Source: Spizellomyces punctatus DAOM BR117 (lineage: Eukaryota). From it: a stretch of 64,000 bases of DNA. How positions within the stretch are numbered: position 1 is the stretch's first letter; every line of letters starts with the position of its first letter. The DNA is taken from the NCBI GenBank assembly GCA_000182565.2, contig KQ257472.1; one strand, written 5' to 3'. The translations under genes and the position numbers were made by a program. The notes beneath the pieces were generated by a model. It had not been told where the DNA came from, searched no databases, and saw only the letters and a list, made by a program, of their open reading frames with translations. Shown piece after piece: positions 10,604-23,866 of the stretch.

Positions 10604-13600
10604 TGTTGAGATTCAGGCTTAAACCACGCTGTATGATCTATAAATCATGTGAGATCATGCTGGGATGTCATTAGACAGTTCACATCTGATCTGGCTAAGT
10701 TACAACGTGGGGAATTGGACTTAGAGTAATCAGAATGATCACAGACGCGTGTGGAATGATTTAAAGGGGTAAATCATAATGTAAGCACTCTTAGAAGGTC
10801 TGGAAGGTTTGTGATGATCTAGATCTTCAGGTAATGTTTGCCAAGGCATGGCTGAAGCTGCTGAGCACTGCTGAGCACGGCTGAGCATGTAAACAAGTGG
10901 GCTGAAGCATGTAAACAGTAAACAAAGGCGGAGGGAGGCTGGAGAATGTACTGGGTTATATAAAGGGGACTTTTGAACGTCTCTGGATTAATACAAGCGT
11001 GTTATCCCACAAGTTACTGCACCCAGAAGTCTTACTAGCGGCCACAGGCATTACTAGGCCTTTCAGAAGTGATTTCCACACGGGAAATCAGTGTTCCAAG
11101 CGCTAAGTTTCAATAGGTTATGAGCCCTGATAGCTATCACTGATATTTTCCTGCTTCAAATCTCTTTTCTGACGGCCACACCATCTTCCTGACGGACCTA
11201 TCCTCTTCCCAACCTCATATTTGGACCACCTACCATACCAGGACGATTTCACCTCTTCTCAACAACAAATCCACTCACCAAATCAGCTCAGACATGTCAA
11301 ACACGGACTTGGACACCAAACTCACAATGGAAAAGTTCAATGGCATGAACTACCACCTCTGGAAGTTCAAAATGACGATGTTGCTGAAGGAAAAGGGGCT
11401 GTGGGGTGTGATTGAGGGGGATGAGAGCATGGAGGGAACCTCTGAGAAGGATTGGAGGAGAAGGGATGAGCGGGCAATGGCAGTAATTGCTCTGTCACTG
11501 AGTGATGCCCAACTCATGCATGTACAGACCGCTGTAACTGCATAAGGAGGCCTGGTTAAAGCTCAGTGACATCCACCAAAGGAAGGGAATTGCCAGTAGG
11601 CTCTATCTAAGGAGGAAATTCCTCACTCTGAAGATGGAAGACGGCGCTGGGGGCATGTTGGGACACATAAACACAGTCAGGACAATGGCTCAGCAGTTGG
11701 AGGCCATTGGGGCGCCAGTCAGTGAAGAAGACCAAGTCATCACCCTACTCTACAGCCTACCAGAGAGTTATGAACAGCTGGTGGTGTCTTTGGAGGCCAG
11801 GAGTGATTCTCTGACACTGGAATTCCTCACATCACGGCTTTTGCATGAAGAAACACGCAGGAAGGAAGCTGGGGGTGAAGGAGATAGCAAAGGGAAGGCC
11901 TTTTTCAGCAGGGATGGCGGGCAGAAGGTTGGCAAGCATGGTGGGACCAAGAAGATAGCAGGGAAGTGCTTCTATTGCAACAAGAAGGGTCACTTCAAGA
12001 AGGACTGCAGGAAGTTTCTGGCGGACACCAAACAACAAGCCAATCAAGCCAGCACCAGTCAGGCAACTCATAATGAATTCCTATTCTTTGCTCAGTTGGG
12101 AGATGACACCAAAACCTCTCAGGGAGCAGTCTGGTGGATTGTGGACTCGGGTGCCTCACAGCACATGTCACATAGGAAGGATTGGATGACCAATTACATG
12201 GAGATGTCACCAATTCAAGTCCATCTGGCGGACAACAGAACAGTTCAGGCGATAGGGAAGGGCCAGATCACACTTGAGACAGGCAGAAACCGATTCTGTA
12301 CCCTCAGAGATGTGTGGTTTGTTCCCAAGCTTGAAAAGAACTTGTTTTCAGTAAGAAGAGCCACTGAAAATGGTGCCAAAGTTGAGTTTGGCAGCAAGGG
12401 ATGCTGTATCAAGACTTCAGATGGCCAGGAAGCAATCCAGGGAACTCTAGGGGGCGGTCTATACATGTTTCATGCAAGAGAACATGCAAACATAGCCTCT
12501 GGAATGAGTTTGGACCTCTGGCATCGCAGGTTAGGACACCTGAATGTCAACAGCATCAAAATCTTGGCTAGGAACCAGCTGGGAAGCGGTCTGGAGGTCA
12601 AGAATCACACAGAAACATCACCATGTGAAGCCTGTGCCATTGGAAAGATCACCAGGCGTCCCTTTCCAAAGGGAGAAGCAGCTAGAGCGGCTCTACTGCT
12701 GGGGGTGGTTCACAGTGATGTGTGTGGGCCCATGAAGACACCAAGCCATGGTGGGGCAAAGTACTTTGTCACATTCATTGATGACAAGTCAAGGATGACG
12801 GCAGTTTATCTTCTGAAGGAGAAGAGTGAGGTTCTCAGCAAATTCAAGGAGTTTGAGGCCTGGGCAACCAACTTCACGGGGCAGAAGATCAAAACTCTCA
12901 GATCAGACAATGGGGGAGAGTATGTGGGTGAAGAATTCAAGAAATTCTGCAAACAGAAGGGAATTCAGCAGCAATTCAGCACTCCCTACACACCAGAGCA
13001 GAATGGTGTTGCTGAGAGGATGAACAGGACGCTGGTGGAAATGGGAAGGTGCATGCTGCACCACAGTGGACTCAGCTACAAGTTCTGGGGCGAGGCAATC
13101 ATGACAGCGGCCTATCTCAGGAACAGGAGCCCCACTGCAGCACTCAGCAACCAATCAACACCATTTCAAGATTTTACAGGCGGTAAACCAGATCTCCAGC
13201 ACCTCAGAGTGTTTGGCTGCGTGGCCTACACTCATATTCCAAAGGAAAAGCGGTCAAAACTTGATGAGAAGGCCAAGAAAGCAGTCATGGTCGGCTACAG
13301 CACTCAGAGTAAGGCCTACAGACTGTGGGTACCTGAAATGAACCAAGTTGTCATGTCAAGGGACGTCATCTTTGATGAAAACTTGATGTGGAGCACTCAG
13401 CAGCGACTGCAGAGTGTACCACAGCAAGACCAAGAGCTACAGATGCCTCTGGGAGGGGAGCCTTCATTCTTGGACAACCAAGAAGGGCTAGGGACGGTTG
13501 AAGAGACTCAGAGACCATCCAGCATCACTCCAGACAACTCTTCAGCATCAGAAGATGATGGGGACGACTTCCAGGATGCTGAGGAAGTGCCAGAACTCAG

Positions 13601-15338
13601 CAGGAAGAGTGCCAGATTTCACAAACCACCGGGAGAGTGGTGGATTGCAAAGCCAACTCAGTCAAATCTGGCTTTTGCCTTCACCATTGGGGAAGTTCCA
13701 CAGGAAGAACCCAGCACTCTGGCTGAAGCTAGGACCAGACATGATGCCAAACAGTGGGAGGTAGCTGTCAAAGCAGAATATGACTCTCTGATGGAGAATC
13801 AGACATGGGACTTAGTCAAACTACCACCAGGAAGATCCACAGTTGGCTGCAAGTGGGTTTTCAAGCTGAAACTCAAGTCAGATGGCTCTGTAGAGCGCTA
13901 CAAGGCCAGACTGGTAGCCAAAGGATACTCCCAAGTTGAAGGACTGGACTACAAGGAGACATTTGCCCCAGTAGTCAAGTTTGCAACCATCAGGATGGTC
14001 CTGACACTAGCAGCCATGAAGGACATGGAGATTCAGCAAATGGATGTCAAAACAGCATTCTTGAATGGGACCATTGAGGAGGACATCTACATGGACCAAC
14101 CAGAAGGCTTCACCATGGCAAATGGGCTTGTCTGCAAGCTGAAGAAGAGTTTGTACGGGCTAAAGCAAGCTCCAAGAGCCTGGAACAAAGTCATTGATGG
14201 GCAACTCAAAGAACTTGGCTTTGAAAGGTGTGAATCAGACCACGGGCTGTACATCAACAAGAAGATGGGCATCCACCTTATCCTATATGTGGATGACCTT
14301 ATTCTGGCATCAAAGGACGACCAGGAGTTGTTAAAACTCAAAGAAGAACTCAAGAAGCGGTTCAAGATGGCTGATATGGGCCAGTTAGAGCATTTTCTCG
14401 GCATTCAAGTGGTCAGGGACAGAGCCAACAGGTCAATCTGGCTCTCCCAACAGCGGTACCTCAGTCAAACATTGCAGAAATTCAATATGAGTAACAGCAA
14501 ACCAGTTGCCACACCACTAGAGAATGGCCAGAAGCTCACCAAGGCCATGTCACCACAAACTGAGGCAGAACAGCAAGAAATGAATGGGGTTCCTTTCAGA
14601 AGTGCTGTTGGAAGTCTCATTTATGCAATGCTGGGCACCAGACCAGACATAGCAGCGGCAGTTGGATCAGTCAGCCAGTACCTTTCCAACCCCGCACATC
14701 AGCACTGGATAGCAGTCAAACGGATCATGTGGTACCTGAATGGCACCACAGACCTAGGACTTCAACTGGGTGGCATTCAGAGCAAGTGGGAGCTATCTGC
14801 ATACTCTGATGCAGATTGGGGCGGTGATTTGGACTTCAGGAAGTCTACCACTGGCTTCTTAGTCAAGATTGGCAGCAGCACAGTCAGCTGGCAAAGCAAG
14901 AGGCAACCTACAGTCACTCTATCATCAACAGAGTCAGAGTACATGGCTCTTTGTCAAGCTACCAAGGAAGTTATCTGGTTCAGAACACTTCTAGGCGAGC
15001 TAGGACATCAGCAAAGTGGTCCTACAACATTGTATGGTGACAATCAGGGCGCCATAGCACTTGCCAACAACCCAACACATCATGCAAGGACCAAACATAT
15101 TGATGTGCAGCACCACTTCATCAGACAAGCAGTAGAAGACAAGAAAATCAGCCTCAAGTACTGTCAGACAGAAGAAATGATGGCTGACATTCTCACCAAG
15201 GCTCTACCCAAGACAAAGCACCTTAAACTTTGTGGTAAAATGGGTCTCTGTCGGAAATCAGATGATTCACTGAGTGGGAGTGTTGAGATTCAGGCTTAAA
15301 CCACGCTGTATGATCTATAAATCATGTGAGATCATGCT
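10604..15338 (+). mobile_element. Copia-A copy 3: 5' LTR 10604-11115, frameshifted gag-pol, 3' LTR truncated to 58 bp (15281-15338)
   Basis: LTR, PBS and ORFs 11294-11545 plus 11634-15299. An extra T at 11543 (GCATAAGG vs GCAAAGG in copies 1 and 2) creates a stop and frameshift. Confidence 0.95.
11294..15299 (+). pseudogene. Copia-A Gag-Pol with a single 1-nt insertion
   Basis: Otherwise colinear with the 1334-aa ORF. Retains more consensus-like residues (CGP, DNGGEY, TAAYLRN) than copy 1. Confidence 0.9.
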
Positions 15339-18300
15339 TAGGACTTCAACTGGGTGGCATTCAGAGCAAGTGGGAGCTATCTGCATACTCTGATGCAGAT
15401 TGGGGCGGTGATTTGGACTTCAGGAAGTCTACCACTGGCTTCTTAGTCAAGATTGGCAGCAGCACAGTCAGCTGGCAAAGCAAGAGGCAACCTACAGTCG
15501 CTCTATCATCAACAGAGTCAGAGTACATGGCTCTTTGTCAAGCTACCAAGGAAGTTATCTGGTTCAGAACACTTCTAGGCGAGCTAGGACATCAGCAAAG
15601 TGGTCCTACAACATTGTATGGTGACAATCAGGGCGCCATAGCACTTGCCAACAACCCAACACATCATGCAAGGACCAAACATATTGATGTGCAGCACCAC
15701 TTCATCAGACAAGCAGTAGAAGACAAGAAAATCAGCCTCAAGTACTGTCAGACAGAAGAAATGATGGCTGACATTCTCACCAAGGCTCTACCCAAGACAA
15801 AGCACCTTAAACTTTGTGGTGAAATGGGTCTCTGTCGGAAATCAGATGATTCACTGAGTGGGAGTGTTGAGATTCAGGCTTAAACCACGCTGTATGATCT
15901 ATAAATCATGTGAGATCATGCTGGGATGTCATTAGACAGTTCACATCTGATTTGGCTAAGTTGCAACGTGGGGAATTGGACTTAGAGTAATCAGAATGAT
16001 CACAGACGCGTGTGGGAATGATTTAAAGGGGTAAATCATCATGTAAGCACTCTTAGAAGGTCTGGAAGGTTTGTGATGATCTAGATCTTCAGGTAATGTT
16101 TGCCAAGGCATGGCTGAAGCTGCTGAGCACTGCTGAGCACGGCTGAGCATGTAAACAAGTGGGCTGAAGCATGTAAACAGTAAACAAAGGTGGAGGGAGG
16201 CTGGAGAATGTACTGGGTTATATAAAGGGGACTTTTGAACATCTCTGGATTAATACAAGCGTGTTATCCCACAAGTTACTGCACCCAGAAGTCTTACTAG
16301 CGGCCACAGGCATTACTAGGTCTTTCAGAAGTGATTTCTACACGGGAAATCAGTGTTCCAAGCGCTAAGTTTCAATAGGCAGAAGGTTGGCAAGCATGGT
16401 GGGACCAAGAAGATAGCAGGGAAGTGCTTCTATTGCAACAAGAAAGGTCACTTCAAGAAGGACTGCAGGAAGTTTCTGGCGGACACCAAACAACAAGCCA
16501 ATCAAGCCAGCACCAGTCAGGCAACTCAGAATGAATTCCTATTCTTTGCTCAGTTGGGAGATGACACCAAAACCTCTCAGGGAGCAGTCTGGTGGATTGT
16601 GGACTCGGGTGCCTCACAGCACATGTCACATAGGAAGGATTGGATGACCAATTACACGGAGATGTCACCAATTCAAGTCCATCTGGCGGACAACAGAACA
16701 GTTCAGGCAATAGGGAAGGGCCAGATCACACTTGAGACAGGCAGAAACCGATTCTGTACCCTCAGAGACGTGTGGTTTGTTCCCAAGCTTGAAAAGAACT
16801 TGTTTTCAGTAAGAAGAGCCACTGAAAATGGTGCCAAAGTTGAGTTTGGCAGCAAGGGATGCTGTATCAAGACTTCAGATGGCCAGGAAGCAATCCAGGG
16901 AACTCTAGGGGGCGGTCTATACATGTTTCATGCAAGAGAACATGCAAACATAGCCTCTGGAATGAGTTTGGACCTCTGGCATCGCAGGTTAGGACACCTG
17001 AATGTCAACAGCATCAAAATCTTGGCTAGGAACCAGCTGGGAAGCGGTCTGGAGGTCAAGAATCACACAGAAACATCACCATGTGAAGCCTGTGCCATTG
17101 GAAAGATCACCAGGCATCCCTTTCCAAAGGGAGAAGCAGCTAGAGTGGCTCTATTGCTGGGGGTGGTTCACAGTGATGTGTGTGGGCTCATGAAGACACC
17201 AAGTCATGGTGGAGCAAAGTACTTTGTCACATTCATTGATGACAAGTCAAGGATGATGGCAGTTTATCTTCTGAAGGAGAAGAGTGAGGTTCTCAGCAAA
17301 TTCAAGGAGTTTGAGGCCTGGGCAACCAACTTCATGGGGCAGAAGATCAAAACTCTCAGATCAGACAATGGGGAAGAGTATGTGGGTGAAGAATTCAAGA
17401 AATTCTGCAAACAGAAGGGAATTCAGCAGCAATTCAGCACCCCCTACACACCAGAGCAGAATGGTGTTGCTGAGAGGATGAACAGGATGCTGGTGGAAAT
17501 GGGAAGGTGCATGCTGCACCACAGTGGACTCAGCTACAAGTTCTGGGGCGAGGCAATCATGACAGTGGTCTATCTCAGGAACAGGAGCCCCACTGCAGCA
17601 CTCAGCAACCAATCAACACCATTTCAAGAGTTTACAGGCGGTAAACCAGATCTCCAGCACCTCAGAGTGTTTGGCTGCATGGCCTACACTCATATTCCAA
17701 AGGAAAAGCGGTCAAAACTTGATGAGAAGGCCAAGAAGGCAGTCATGGTCGGCTACAGCACTCAGAGTAAGGCCTACAGACTGTGGGTACCTGAAATGAA
17801 CCAAGTTGTCATGTCAAGGGATGTCATCTTTGATGAAAACTTGATGTGGAGCACTCAGCAGCGACTGCAGAGTGTACCACAGCAAGACCAAGAGCTACAG
17901 ATGCCTCTGGGAGGGGAGCCTTCATTCTTGGACAACCAAGAAGGGCTAGGGATGGTTGAAGAGACTCAGAGACCATCCAGCATCACTCCAGACAACTCTT
18001 CAGCATCAGAAGATGATGGGGACGACTTCCAGGATGCTGAGGAAGTGCCAGAACTCAGCAGGAAGAGTGCCAGATTTCACAAACCACCGGGAGAGTGGTG
18101 GATTGCAAAGCCAACTCAGTCAAATCTGGCTTTTGCCTTCACCATTGGGGAAGTTCCACAGGAAGAACCCAGCACTCTGGCCGAAGCTAGGACCAGACAT
18201 GATGCCAAACAGTGGGAGGTAGCTGTCAAAGCAGAATATGACTCTCTGATGGAGAATCAGATGTGGGACTTAGTGAAACTACCACCAGGAAGATCCACAG

Positions 18301-18368
18301 TTGGCTGCAAGTGGGTTTTCAAGCTGAAACTCAAGTCAGATGGCTCTGTAGAGCGCTACAAGGCCAGA
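15339..18368 (+). mobile_element. Copia-A composite: RNase H end, LTR 15865-16377, then internal region from the zinc knuckle to RT start; cut by Gypsy-B
   Basis: ORFs 15326-15883 and 16353-18473. Copia sequence ends at ERYKAR (18368), where TGTAACAGG begins. Confidence 0.93.
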
Positions 18369-18858
18369 TGTAACAGGCTAGCAGGGACAAGAAGACAACA
18401 GAAAACTAGGGAAGACTTGGTTACTACTTGTTCTTTTCCTTTGAGGGGCCTCAGAGAGGTCCTCTTTTTATAGACAAAGGGGCTGACAAATGCTATATCC
18501 TAACTACCCAATCAGATCTCACCCACATCATCCTAAGCTATTTGTCAGCCTATTGCACCATTTGCAACCAATCAGAACTCATACATGTCATCCTAAACTA
18601 TTTGTCAGCCTATTGCACCATTTATAGCCAATCACAAGTGAGACAAGTCATCCTAAATACACTGTGCCACTTGATTGAAAGGGGCAGATGCCAGTGTGTC
18701 AGGATACTCATCTAATTTAGCCAGAAATGGCTAAATCTGCTTATTTATCTAACTCTGGTCAAATGAATGCTGACACCATCAGCAAAGTCATGTGACCACT
18801 AGTTTGGAACCACATCTAACCAGTATAACCATAGCACTGACAGAAGAATTCTGTCACA
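18369..18858 (-). repeat. Gypsy-B 3' LTR (490 bp)
   Basis: Direct repeat of 24466-25015 minus one 60-bp unit. Confidence 0.95.
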
Positions 18859-18874
18859 CTCCCCCACTTTAAGA

Positions 18875-21800
18875 TTAAGCTCCCTTCTGGGCTAGGAACT
18901 CCTTCAAGATTTCTCTGCCATGGGGTAGCAGGTTTTCTTCTGGTTCCCAGGTGTTCTGAGAGGAGGGATAGCCCTTCCACTTGATGAGGTAGAGATTCTT
19001 CTTCCTTCTAGTCTTGTGGTCAAGAATCTTCTCAACTTCCCAAAACTCTTCTCCTTGCTGGATAGTGGGCTCAGGCTCAGGGGGTACTGGTCTGGTAGGG
19101 AAGTCCTCTGTGGGGTCCAGGTAAGGCTTGAGGAGTCTCACATGGAACACTGGATGAATCTTCATGGTGCTGGGGAGCTCCAGGGTGTAATTCTGAAATT
19201 CATCCTTGGCCTTGATTCTGTAAGGTCCAAGCCAGGGGTGAAGAAGTTTCTGGGCTGGCCTCTGGGCTTCTTCTTCTGGGGTGATACCTTCTCTAGATAG
19301 CCAAACTTTGGAGCCTAGGGGGTAGCTTGGGGCCTTGCTGAGAGACTTGTTGGCTTGCTGAACTTGTCTTTCTTGGGCCAGTATCATGTTATCCTTGGCT
19401 ACTTGAAGCAGTTGCTGAATATACTGGTGGAAGTCTGTTGCTTCAGGATCATTGCTTTCTCCTGGTGGTGTTGCTGGGGTCCTGGGATGCTGGCCATTCT
19501 CCAAGTAGAATGGGGTGAAGCCTGTGGTTTCTGAGATGCTGCTGTTGTAGGCAAACTCAGCAAAGGGGAGAAGATCTTCCCAATTCTTCATGTTGTACTG
19601 CAGGAAAGCTCTGAGGTAGATCTTCAAAGTCTTGATGGTTCTCTCTGCCTGTCCATTGGTCTGCTGGTGCCTTGCAGTGGCTAGGAGGGTGTTGCAGCCT
19701 AAGAGTTGCATCAAGTTGGACCAGAATGAACTGGTGAACTTGGTGTCTCTGTCTGATACAATCACTTCTGGGAGGCCATGGTGCTTGAAGATGTGCTTCA
19801 AGAAGAGCAGGGCCAGGTTCTTGGCTGAGGCTCTGCTGGTGGTAGGGATGAAGTGGCCTCTCTTTGACAATCTGTCAACAATGACAAAGATGGCATTGTG
19901 ATCAGAGGAAGTCATAGGTAGGTCAGGGATCAGGTCAATGGAGATCTGGCTCCATCTGGTCTTAGGTACTGGGAGGGGCTGCAGCAAGCCTGCTGGTGGT
20001 TGCTGACCAGGTTTGCTTCTCTGGCAGGAATCACAAGACTTGACATACTTCTTAATGTCCTTGTACATCCTTAGCCAGTAGTAATGCCTTGCTAGGGCAT
20101 CATGGGTCTTGGTGATGCCAAAGTGTCCAGCATATTGAGTGTCATGGGTTTCTTGGAGTAGGCTCAACCTTAGGTCTTGGTCATTGGGGACAAAGATCCT
20201 GTCCTGGCAATAGAGTAACCCATCTTGATGGCTGAGGTACTTGAGCCTTTGTTGCTGGTCTTCTGGTCTCCTGGGGTCATCCAAAGCTTGGATGAGCTCT
20301 TGAAGTTCTGGGTCTTCTGTGGTACTGGTCTTCAATCTCTCTTGAAGGGTGCTGGTGGTGTGGGTCACAGCATTCAACTCTGCTGTCACCAAGGCCTTGC
20401 ACTTGATGCATCTTGGGGCCAGGTCTGGTCTTCTAGACAGGATGTCTGCCACTGTGTGGAGTCTTCCTGGGCCATAGCCAATCTCAAAGTCAAAAGATTG
20501 GAAATTCATGACCCATCTGGCTTGTCTTCTGGTCAAGAAGGGCTGGTTCTGTAGCCACTTGAGGGACTGGTGGTCTGAGATAACTTTGAAGGGGGTTCCT
20601 TCCAGGTAGGGCCTCCAAACTCTGAGGGCATCATGGATGGCTAACAGCTCTTTTTCTCTGGTGTCATATCTGGTCTCTGCTGGGGCCATCTTCCTGGAGT
20701 GGTAGGCAACTGGTCTCATGCCTTTCCCATCATCTTGTCCAAGCCATGCACCAACTGCATAGCCTGAGGCATCAGGGAAGACAGTGGTAGGCAAGGCTGG
20801 GTCAAAGGGTCTGAGTACAGGGGCTTTGGTGACCATATCCTTCAGCTGCTAAAAAGCTTTCTCCTGAGGTTCAGACCAGGTCCAGGGCTTGTTATTTCTC
20901 AACAGGTCTGTCAATGGTGCAGCTTGCTCTGCCAGGTCCTTCAGAAAGCTATGGAAGTAGTTCACCAGGCCCATGAACTGTCTGACTTCAGTGACACTCT
21001 GAGGGGTGGGCCATTCTTGAACAGTCTGCACTTTCTTGGGGTCAAGCTTGACTCCTTCATGTGAGACTACATGGCCAAGAAACTCTACTTCTTGCTTGAA
21101 GAACTGGCACTTGCTGGGGTTGGCATACAGTTTGTTCTGCCTAAGGGCTTGTAGAACCTGCTTGAGGTGGTCCAGGTGGTCTTCTGGGGTCTTGGAGTAG
21201 ATGAGGATATCATCTAGGTAGACAATGACAAAGATGTCCAAGAAGGGTCTAAGGACATCATTCATCAAAGTCATGAAAGTGGCTGGGGCATTGGTCATTC
21301 CAAAGGACATGACCAGGAACTCAAAGTGACCATATCTGGTTCTGAAGGCTGTCTTGGGGATGCCTTCTGGGTGGACTCTGATCTGGTAATAGCCTGACTT
21401 CAGATCTAGCTTGGTAAACACCTGGGCTCCATTCAGCCTATCCATCAGCTCATCAATCCTAGGGAGGGGATATCTGTTCTTGATGGTGATTTTATTCAGA
21501 GCCCTGTAGTCCACACACATCCTCAAAGAACCTTCTTTCTTCTTAACAAAGAGGATAGGTGCTCCAAATGGGCTCTTGGATGGTCTGATGTGGCCTGCCT
21601 CCAGAAGCTCTGAAAGCTGCTTCCTCAGTTCTTCTAACTCCAAAGAGGAGAGGTGGTAGGTTGGTCTCCAGGGGGTCTGGTTGGGGTCACTGAGTTCAAT
21701 TCTGTGATCTACTGATCTCTCAGGGGGAAGTCCTGGGGGAAGCTCTTCAGCAAAGACATCTTGATAGTTTTCAAGAAGCTTGGTGACTTTGGAATCCATG

Positions 21801-22995
21801 GTGTCTGGAGGGGTGCTGGTATCTTGAGGGTTCTTGAGATACACAGCAAAAGCTGTTGCTGTCCTCTTCTTCAGTGTTCTGGCCAACATCTTTGCTGATA
21901 CCATGGTGATAAGATTGGACTTCTGGGATTTGTTGGAAGAGCTGGCCTGCTTAACAAACCATCTGACTCTGGGGTGCTGGAAGGTGGTGAAGGACACAGT
22001 GTTCTTGTTGTAGTTGATACTGGGATTCCTCCAGGCAAACCAAGGTATACCCAGGATCAAGTCAAACTTGATTGGGGCTACTATAAAGTCTGACTGTTCA
22101 GTGTAGGTTCCTACTGAGTACTGAAGACCTTTGACAAAGCCTATTTCTTGGTGCTTTCTGTCATCAGCCATAGAGATTTCTGCTCCAGGGAGAGAATGAG
22201 TCACCAGTTGTGGTGCCTTCTTGACAAAGGACTGTGACACATAGAGCTGGTTTGCCCCATTATCCAGGAGATTGGTTACTGGGATTCCTTGGATTATACC
22301 TTGCACAGTTAACAAGTGACTCTGGGGAATCCTTGGCCCTTTGGGGGTACTTAAAGAGTATGGAGCCACCTCTACTACATGGATCTTGCTTTCTTGGTAG
22401 GTGGTCTGGGTGGTCTGGGGTTCTGGGGTTCTCTGGGGTTCCTGGGTTTCCTGGGGTTCTAGGATTCTCTGGGGTTCTGGGGTTCTCTGGGGTTCTTGGG
22501 TTCTCTGGGGTTCTGGGGTTCTCTGGGGTTCTTGGGTTCTCTGGGGTTCTTGGGTTCTCTGGGGTTCTTGGGTTCTCTGGGGTTCTTGGGTTCTCTGGGG
22601 TTCTTGGGTTCTCTGAAGTTCTTGGGTTCTCTGGAATTCTGGATTCACTGGGGTTCAGGGGTTCTCTGGGTTTCTGGGGTTCTCTGGGGTTCTGGGATTC
22701 TCTGGGTTTCTGGGGTTCTCTGGGTTTCTGGGGTTCTCTGGGATGCTGGGGTTCTCTGGGGTTCCAGGTAAAGTCCATGGATAGTTAAAGTCTCAGGGGT
22801 GGTTTCAGGTGGGTCCAATAGGTCCAAGGGTTGAATAACAGGAGAGTGTACCAGGTAGTGGGTGTCAGGGTGGTGGTTCTTGATATCTTCCCCAGTAGAG
22901 GCAGAACCTCTATCTTCTACTGAGTCTGCTTGCCATTTCCCTGCTGCTTGGTCTTCAAGGGGCATAGGGGGGCAATATGGCCTGGTTTTCTGCAC
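18875..22995 (-). pseudogene. Gypsy-B pol (repeat linker, PR, RT, RNase H, IN, chromodomain) with a frameshift at ~22648 and an in-frame TAG at 20849
   Basis: [50 protein letters not shown]...TWEPEENL. The TAG at 20849 is CAG in the 7042-8437 copy. Confidence 0.92.
22400..22770 (-). repeat. 18-bp coding minisatellite (~20 units; [12 protein letters not shown])
   Basis: Plus-strand units such as GGGTTCTCTGGGGTTCTT repeated. Confidence 0.95.
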
Positions 22996-23866
22996 CGGAA
23001 ACAGGCTCCCTTCTTTCTGAGCTCAGTCTTCTCAGCCTCAGTGAGTTTGGAGAGAGGCTTCCCAGAGTTGGTGGATATACTATCTATCTCCATAGGGACT
23101 ACTCCAGAGTTCTCAGTCTTTGGGGAGTAGTAGCTGGTGGCCTGGCTTCTTCTCTGGTAGCTGAACTGGATCTGGTCAATCCTATCCGCTGTTGCTGCAG
23201 CTGTGGCTAAGTTGATGGTACTGGTGGGGTTGAGCTCCAGTTGTTCCTGAACCCTGGGTTTAAGCCCTCTGATAAACTTGTCTAACTTTTCAGCTTCTGA
23301 CAAGTCATCCACCTGAAGGCATAAAGTATTGAACTGGTTTAGGTACTCCTTTACTGAGCCTTGTTGTTTGAGCCTGGCCAACTGGTCTCTTGCTGCTCTG
23401 GTGGCATTTGCTGGGAGGAAGTTCTCTTGAAGGGCTCTCTTGAACTGGTCCCAAGACTGGATTCTGAGAGGGGATCCTACTGGGTGGTTCTTGACATGGC
23501 TTTGCCACCAGACTTCAGCATGGAGTTCCAAGTAGGTGGTGGCTACTAACAGTTGGCCTTCTGGTGATAGATCTGCAGCTGCCTGGAAGTACTCTTCAAG
23601 TCTGAGGAGGTATGTCCTAATCTCTTGGACATTCCTGTTGCCTTTGTAGGGCTTCAACTTGCTTTGGAGGACTTTTACCAGGGATTTATCTACTCTGGGT
23701 TGGTACTGAGCAGTGGCTGGTGTGGTGGAGTTCAGCTGCTGGAGCTTTGCTTGATAAAGCTCCTGCCTGACCTGGTCTATGTCAAGCTCAGCAATGGTGT
23801 TGAAGTGACCTGGTCTATGTCAAGCTCAGCAATGGTGTTGAAGAGAATCTCTTCCTGGCTGGTCAT
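22917..23866 (-). pseudogene. Gypsy-B gag with CCHC knuckle, frameshifted by a 38-bp tandem duplication (23768-23843)
   Basis: Removing one duplicate restores MTSQEEILFNTIAELDIDQVRQELYQ...SKLKPYKGNR. Knuckle CFRCRKPGHIAPLC. Confidence 0.88.

Noticed and set aside
16353-16377. Novel N-terminus MFQALSFNR on the 550-aa and 706-aa ORFs
   Set aside because: LTR end read in frame into gag from a GTG; a by-product of the junction.
18428-18715. ORFs within LTRs (also 24525-24872, 2079-2273, 15956-16150, 30382-30774)
   Set aside because: They lie in LTR sequence or repeats with no recognisable motifs; recurrence reflects LTR duplication only.
22234-22788. Plus-strand ORFs with GVLGFS/WGSWVL/GSLGFL repeats
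   Set aside because: Antisense readings of the 18-bp minisatellite in Gypsy-B; stop-free by composition, with no independent support.
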